In this document: positions 59,827 through 64,000 of the stretch, in pieces
Numbering within the stretch: the stretch's first letter is position 1
Layout: every line of letters starts with the position of its first letter
Assembly: GCF_020745735.1 (NCBI RefSeq)
Contig: NC_083448.1
Location: 6,260,006-6,324,005 of the forward strand
Source of the DNA: Hemiscyllium ocellatum
Lineage: Eukaryota
Length of the DNA stretch: 64,000 nucleotides
Direction: 5' to 3'
The notes under the pieces: generated by a model
Seen by the model: the letters and a program-made list of their open reading frames with translations, nothing else
Told to the model about the DNA's origin: nothing
Database searches by the model: none
Made by a program: the position numbers and the translations under genes

Positions 59827-60629
59827 GTGAGTGGTTTCTCCTGATGTCTTTTGACTTTTTAAATCAGTGACGTGTCATTGGAAAGCTACTTATCTCAGTC
59901 TGGTCAGTGCTGTTGCACTCTGAGTTGCAAGCTCACGTCTGGCTCCCATCACCTAACTCATTGCAGCTGATATCAAGGAACGTGTCAAGTACCAACACAA
60001 AGGAAGAAGAGCTGTCTATGCACTTGCTGAGGAGCCTATTTCAATGCAAAATGTGTTGATGTGCACAAGTTGCTCAAAATCAGCGAAATCCTGTATTAGG
60101 GTGACAGTGAGGGGATAATGGTCCATTGGAAAGGTTTCACTTGAAGAGGCATGCTCTCAACTGTTGTTGACTTTCAGCACTGAAGATGAACTGCTGATCC
60201 CAGGGTCAGTTGCTGTAAAATCAATATGTAACTATCCTTGTGAGGTTGCAAATACATTCTCAAGGACAAGTACATTATAAAACTGTCTGTCCGGTATAGT
60301 CCTACTATTTGTTTACTATTACACAGAATGAGGTATTTCTTTGAATCGTCTTTTGGGAGTGGAACTAAGCTGTACTCCACTGTGTGTTTTTTGACTCCAT
60401 CTGTGTTACTCAATCAATACATTTTTGAGCCCAAAATTTAAATTGGGACAACACTGAAAGAGGACTTCAGGTCAGGTCAGATGTTTAAACATCTGGTTGG
60501 ATAGGTGGTTTTAAGTAGACACTGAATTTTAGCTCTGAATAACCATCTAGTTGGGGATTGTCAGATGTTAAAATGGAAATCTCTGCAACAATCATCAAAC
60601 TTGCCCATTCGGTTTGGGTGGGCGGAGGC

Positions 60630-61003
60630 TATTTTCCCTGGAATGTCCAAGGCTGAGGGGTGACCTGAGAGAGTTTTATAAAATCATGAGGGGCATGAAT
60701 AGGGTAGGGTAGGTAGTCAAGGCCATTGCCCCAGGGTGGATGTCCAAAACTGGAGGGGCATACCCTGAGCGGGGCAAGATTTAAAAGGGATCGAAGGAGC
60801 AACTTTTTCATGCAGAAGGTGGTGCGTGTATGGAATGAGCTGCCAGAGCATTTGACAGGCATCTGGATGAGTATATGAACAGGAAGGGTGAAGAGAACAA
60901 TGGGCCAAATGCTGGCAAATGGGACAAGATTAATTTTGATTACCTGGCTGGTGTGGATGACTTGGACCAAATGGTCTGTTTCCATGCTGTGTCTATGATT
61001 CTG
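60630..61003 (+). mobile_element. CR1 LINE 3' fragment
   Basis: aggctgaggggtgacctgagagagttttataaaatcatgagggg...tctatgattctgtg. Confidence 0.8.
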
Positions 61004-61617
61004 TGAACAGAGGCAGACTGAGTGACATTGAAGCAATGGAAATACTATATTGACACAACAATGCAACAAAAGGAAGAGGGTCAGAATCGATGGCTTAGTT
61101 GTCTTTTATAGCAATGCTTGTGGGTGGAGAGGAACAGGAATGAGTGTATTTCCTCCACCTGCAACAACCCAGCCAGCAAATCCTTCCTCTGTCAATTAGA
61201 CACCCTTCTCCTCCTACTCCACTTCCCCCTCCCAAGAATCACACTCCCCCCTCTAACTGAACTAATCAGTTCAGGCTTCTGGTCAATGGCACATCAGTCA
61301 GGAGACAGGAACTATTCTCACGTGAGCCTGACTGTTAATTTCTGCAGATATTCAGGAAATGCATTTGTCTGGGTCTCCCAGTTTGCATTATCACCACCAG
61401 CCCGCCCAACACAACTCTCCACTAGGTGAAAGATGTGATTGAAAAATCCCAAAGCATGACCTGGCAAAAAATCCTGGGAATTTATACTGTCCTGCCTATT
61501 GTATCCTGTTAAAATAGGTTAAGTGCTCATTCATTGCAATTTCATTGAGATTGGTGCCGCATTTGGGTACTTAGCAGTCACTGCTCCTTGCCTTTATTTC
61601 TTGACCCATTCCAATAG

Positions 61618-61738
61618 GTGACATGGCGGGACATTGCTGGGCTGGATGAAGTTATTACTGAATTGCAGGAAACAGTAATTCTCCCATTCCAGAAGAGACA
61701 CTTATTCCGTGAATCCAAACTCTTGCAGCCACCTAAAG
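61618..61738 (+). CDS. ATAD1: ATAD1-family coding exon 3
   Basis: VTWRDIAGLDEVITELQETVILPFQKRHLFRESKLLQPPK(G). Confidence 0.95.
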
Positions 61739-61919
61739 GTGAGGCTCGGTTTGTACTTGAAATCGACTCCGGGTAATAGCTGACGTGCCGTGCAGAGCTT
61801 CATGATGATGCGTGTGTTTCAGTGTGAGATTTTGTGGTATTTAACAAACAGAACATAGTAATGGCATTTGAAAGTTCTTCAGATACAGCATGGGGTGAAA
61901 TGCAGACTCAAGCTTTTTC

Positions 61920-62262
61920 GTAGAATTCCTGCAGTGGTGATCGAGGCTATTTGGCCCATCGATTCTGCATGGACCCTCTGAAGTGCATCCTAGCCAGACC
62001 ATCTCCAATTCCCATAGCCTTGCGTTGATCATGGCTAAATCACCGAGCCTGCACATTCTGGAACACTATGGACAATTGAGCACAGCTGACCCGACCCATC
62101 CTGCACATGTTTGGACAGTGGGTGGGGGGAACTGCATCACTCCAGCAGGAGCCCACGCGCAGACAAAGAGAACATGGGGACTCCGCAAAGTCAGTCGCCC
62201 AAAGCTGGTATCAAACCTTGGTCCCTGGTGCTGTGAGGCATCAGTGCTAACAACTGTGCCAC
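61920..62262 (-). mobile_element. HE1/V-SINE-type SINE (diverged)
   Basis: Homologous to 34966-35273, including the head gggtccctggtgctgtgaggca...ctaacaactgtgccac. Confidence 0.8.
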
Positions 62263-62732
62263 TTCATGTCCTTTGAAACCAAAAATAAAACTTTCTCTAC
62301 TCTTCTGAACTGCAAGTAAAGTTTCCTCGATACTGTCCCCGTCAAACACTCCCAGAACCGGTACAGGAGAGAGTTCGATACAGTGCAAAGCTCCCTCTCA
62401 AGTCAGTGTCCAGGCAAGCACAGACTTGGTTCTATTTTTCTGACAGCACTATGTTTTTTTGAGTGATCAGTGTCTTGCCTTCCCCAGCTTTGTGTTTCAA
62501 CAGCAAGTCTAGTCCCTATCCATGAGTTCGGGAAAATCTCACTAAAACACAAATTGAAAGATCTGGCAGTGTCTGAACAGTGCAAAGCTCCATGATTCTG
62601 TTGCAAATGGTTGTGCTTGAAGACCATCAAACTGAAACATTGGCCGTTTTCTTTTCTTCTTCTTGTTCACATGCTGACTGTCCATCCACGTTGGATTTCA
62701 TGTTGGATTCTTCTTTGTCTGGCTACCTACAG

Positions 62733-62933
62733 GTGTGTTGCTGTATGGCCCTCCTGGTTGTGGGAAGACCCTCATTGCTAAAGCTACGGCAAATGTGTCC
62801 GGCTGCCATTTCATCAACATGCAGGCCTCCGCATTAACTGATAAATGGTACGGAGAGTCGCAGAAGCTGACGGCTGCCATCTTCTCTTTGGCTGCAAAAA
62901 TTGAGCCTTGTATTGTCTTCATTGATGAAATAG
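62733..62933 (+). CDS. ATAD1: ATAD1-family coding exon 4 (Walker A, pore loop, Walker B); gene continues beyond window
   Basis: [66 protein letters not shown]. Confidence 0.97.
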
Positions 62934-63389
62934 GTAGGTACTGACTCACTACAGACTGGTTATTCATCATGAACATTTTTCCCTAGGATCTGACAGAAAG
63001 GCATATCTGTTGTTCCATGTATAAACCACTTTTTTTACCTCTTTGATTTGATTTAAGCCTGAAACTCAGTCTTGGTCATCTGTTAGTCTGAGTTATCTCT
63101 TGCACACCCAAGCAGAGAAACGTAGTGCACAGCTTATTGAAGGGGGCAGGGGAAGTTGAGAAAGCACTTACTGTAGAATATGGGATCGGACACTGTATAA
63201 TAGGGGAATGGAGTACAGAAGCAAGGGATTTATTACAACACCATGTGAAACACTGGTTTGACAGTAACTGGAGCATCTTGTTCATTTCTGGGCATCACAC
63301 ATTAAGAAGGGCATGATAGTCATTTGGACAGGACGTTGAAAAGATTCAGGAGAATTGTTCCAAAGAGTTGCATTTGTCAAGAAGATCTT

Positions 63390-63935
63390 AATGTAGAAGC
63401 AGGCCGTTCGGCCCATTGAGTCAGCTCTGCTGTTCATGCAGATCATGGCTGATCTGATCATCCTAGACTCCACTTTCCTGCCTTTTCCCCATAACCTTTC
63501 TACTGATTAAAAAATGTCTGTCTCCGCCTTGAGTGTACTTAACCCAACCTTGACAACTCTTCATGGCAAAGGATTCCACTGATTCCCTACTCTCTGAGAA
63601 GAAATGACCCCTCACCTCTGTGTTGAGTGGGCATCTCCTCAGTCATGAGAATACACCCTCGAGTCTGAGACTCCCACAAGGGAAAACAACCTCTCCACAT
63701 CTATCCTGTCAAGGCCATGAAGAATCTTGTGTTTAAACAAGGTCGCCTCCCATTCTTCTAAACTCTTGAGTACAGGCTAACGTACTGACCCTCTCCTCCT
63801 CCTGGTCTCAACCTAGTGAACCTTATCAGGTCTGACTCCAATGCTGGGAGATGCCCAAAACTGTTCTCAGTATTCCAGCTATGACTCGTGCCTTGTATAA
63901 TTTTAGCAGGACTTCCCTATTTTTATTCTCAATCC
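63390..63935 (-). mobile_element. CR1 LINE 3' fragment
   Basis: gcaggccgttcggcccattgag...gatcatggctgatctgat...cctcccattcttctaaactc, typical of the CR1 3' UTR/ORF2 end. Confidence 0.7.
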
Positions 63936-64000
63936 TCTTTACAAGGTTGGAGAACTTCAGACAGCCTCCTTGGTGAGGTTAAAGCTGACAGCAGATTTAA

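Overview
Vertebrate genomic DNA, almost certainly from a cartilaginous fish. This is inferred from the HE1/V-SINE-type SINE, abundant CR1 LINEs and Penelope-derived fold-back repeats. The genes, left to right, are as follows. (1) The GC-rich 5' region of a minus-strand gene with an RE1/NRSE site (~2.3-3.3 kb); PHYHIP is suggested by synteny only. (2) A complete POLR3D/RPC4 gene (+, 8 coding exons, 22959-37547, 416 aa) with an in-frame 30-bp triplication. (3) An intronless, divergent profilin (-, 41052-41474). (4) A complete WBP1 gene (-, 4 coding exons, 55383-45601, 328 aa). (5) The 5' half of an ATAD1/Msp1-family gene resembling fish atad1a (+, from 58920), head-to-head with WBP1. The rest is mostly decayed retroelements and a 2.2-kb G-rich tract containing a 100-N gap. 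The most notable signals are: several TSD-flanked palindromic Penelope-derived elements carrying minimal hammerhead-ribozyme motifs, two with intact cores in the sense orientation of host introns; a roughly helically phased array of seven PBX/PREP-decamer + CCAAT composite modules in the WBP1 promoter; the repeated TPGR motif in RPC4; and the intronless profilin lacking two poly-proline-binding aromatics. Protein identifications rest on recalled family sequences, not on database searches.
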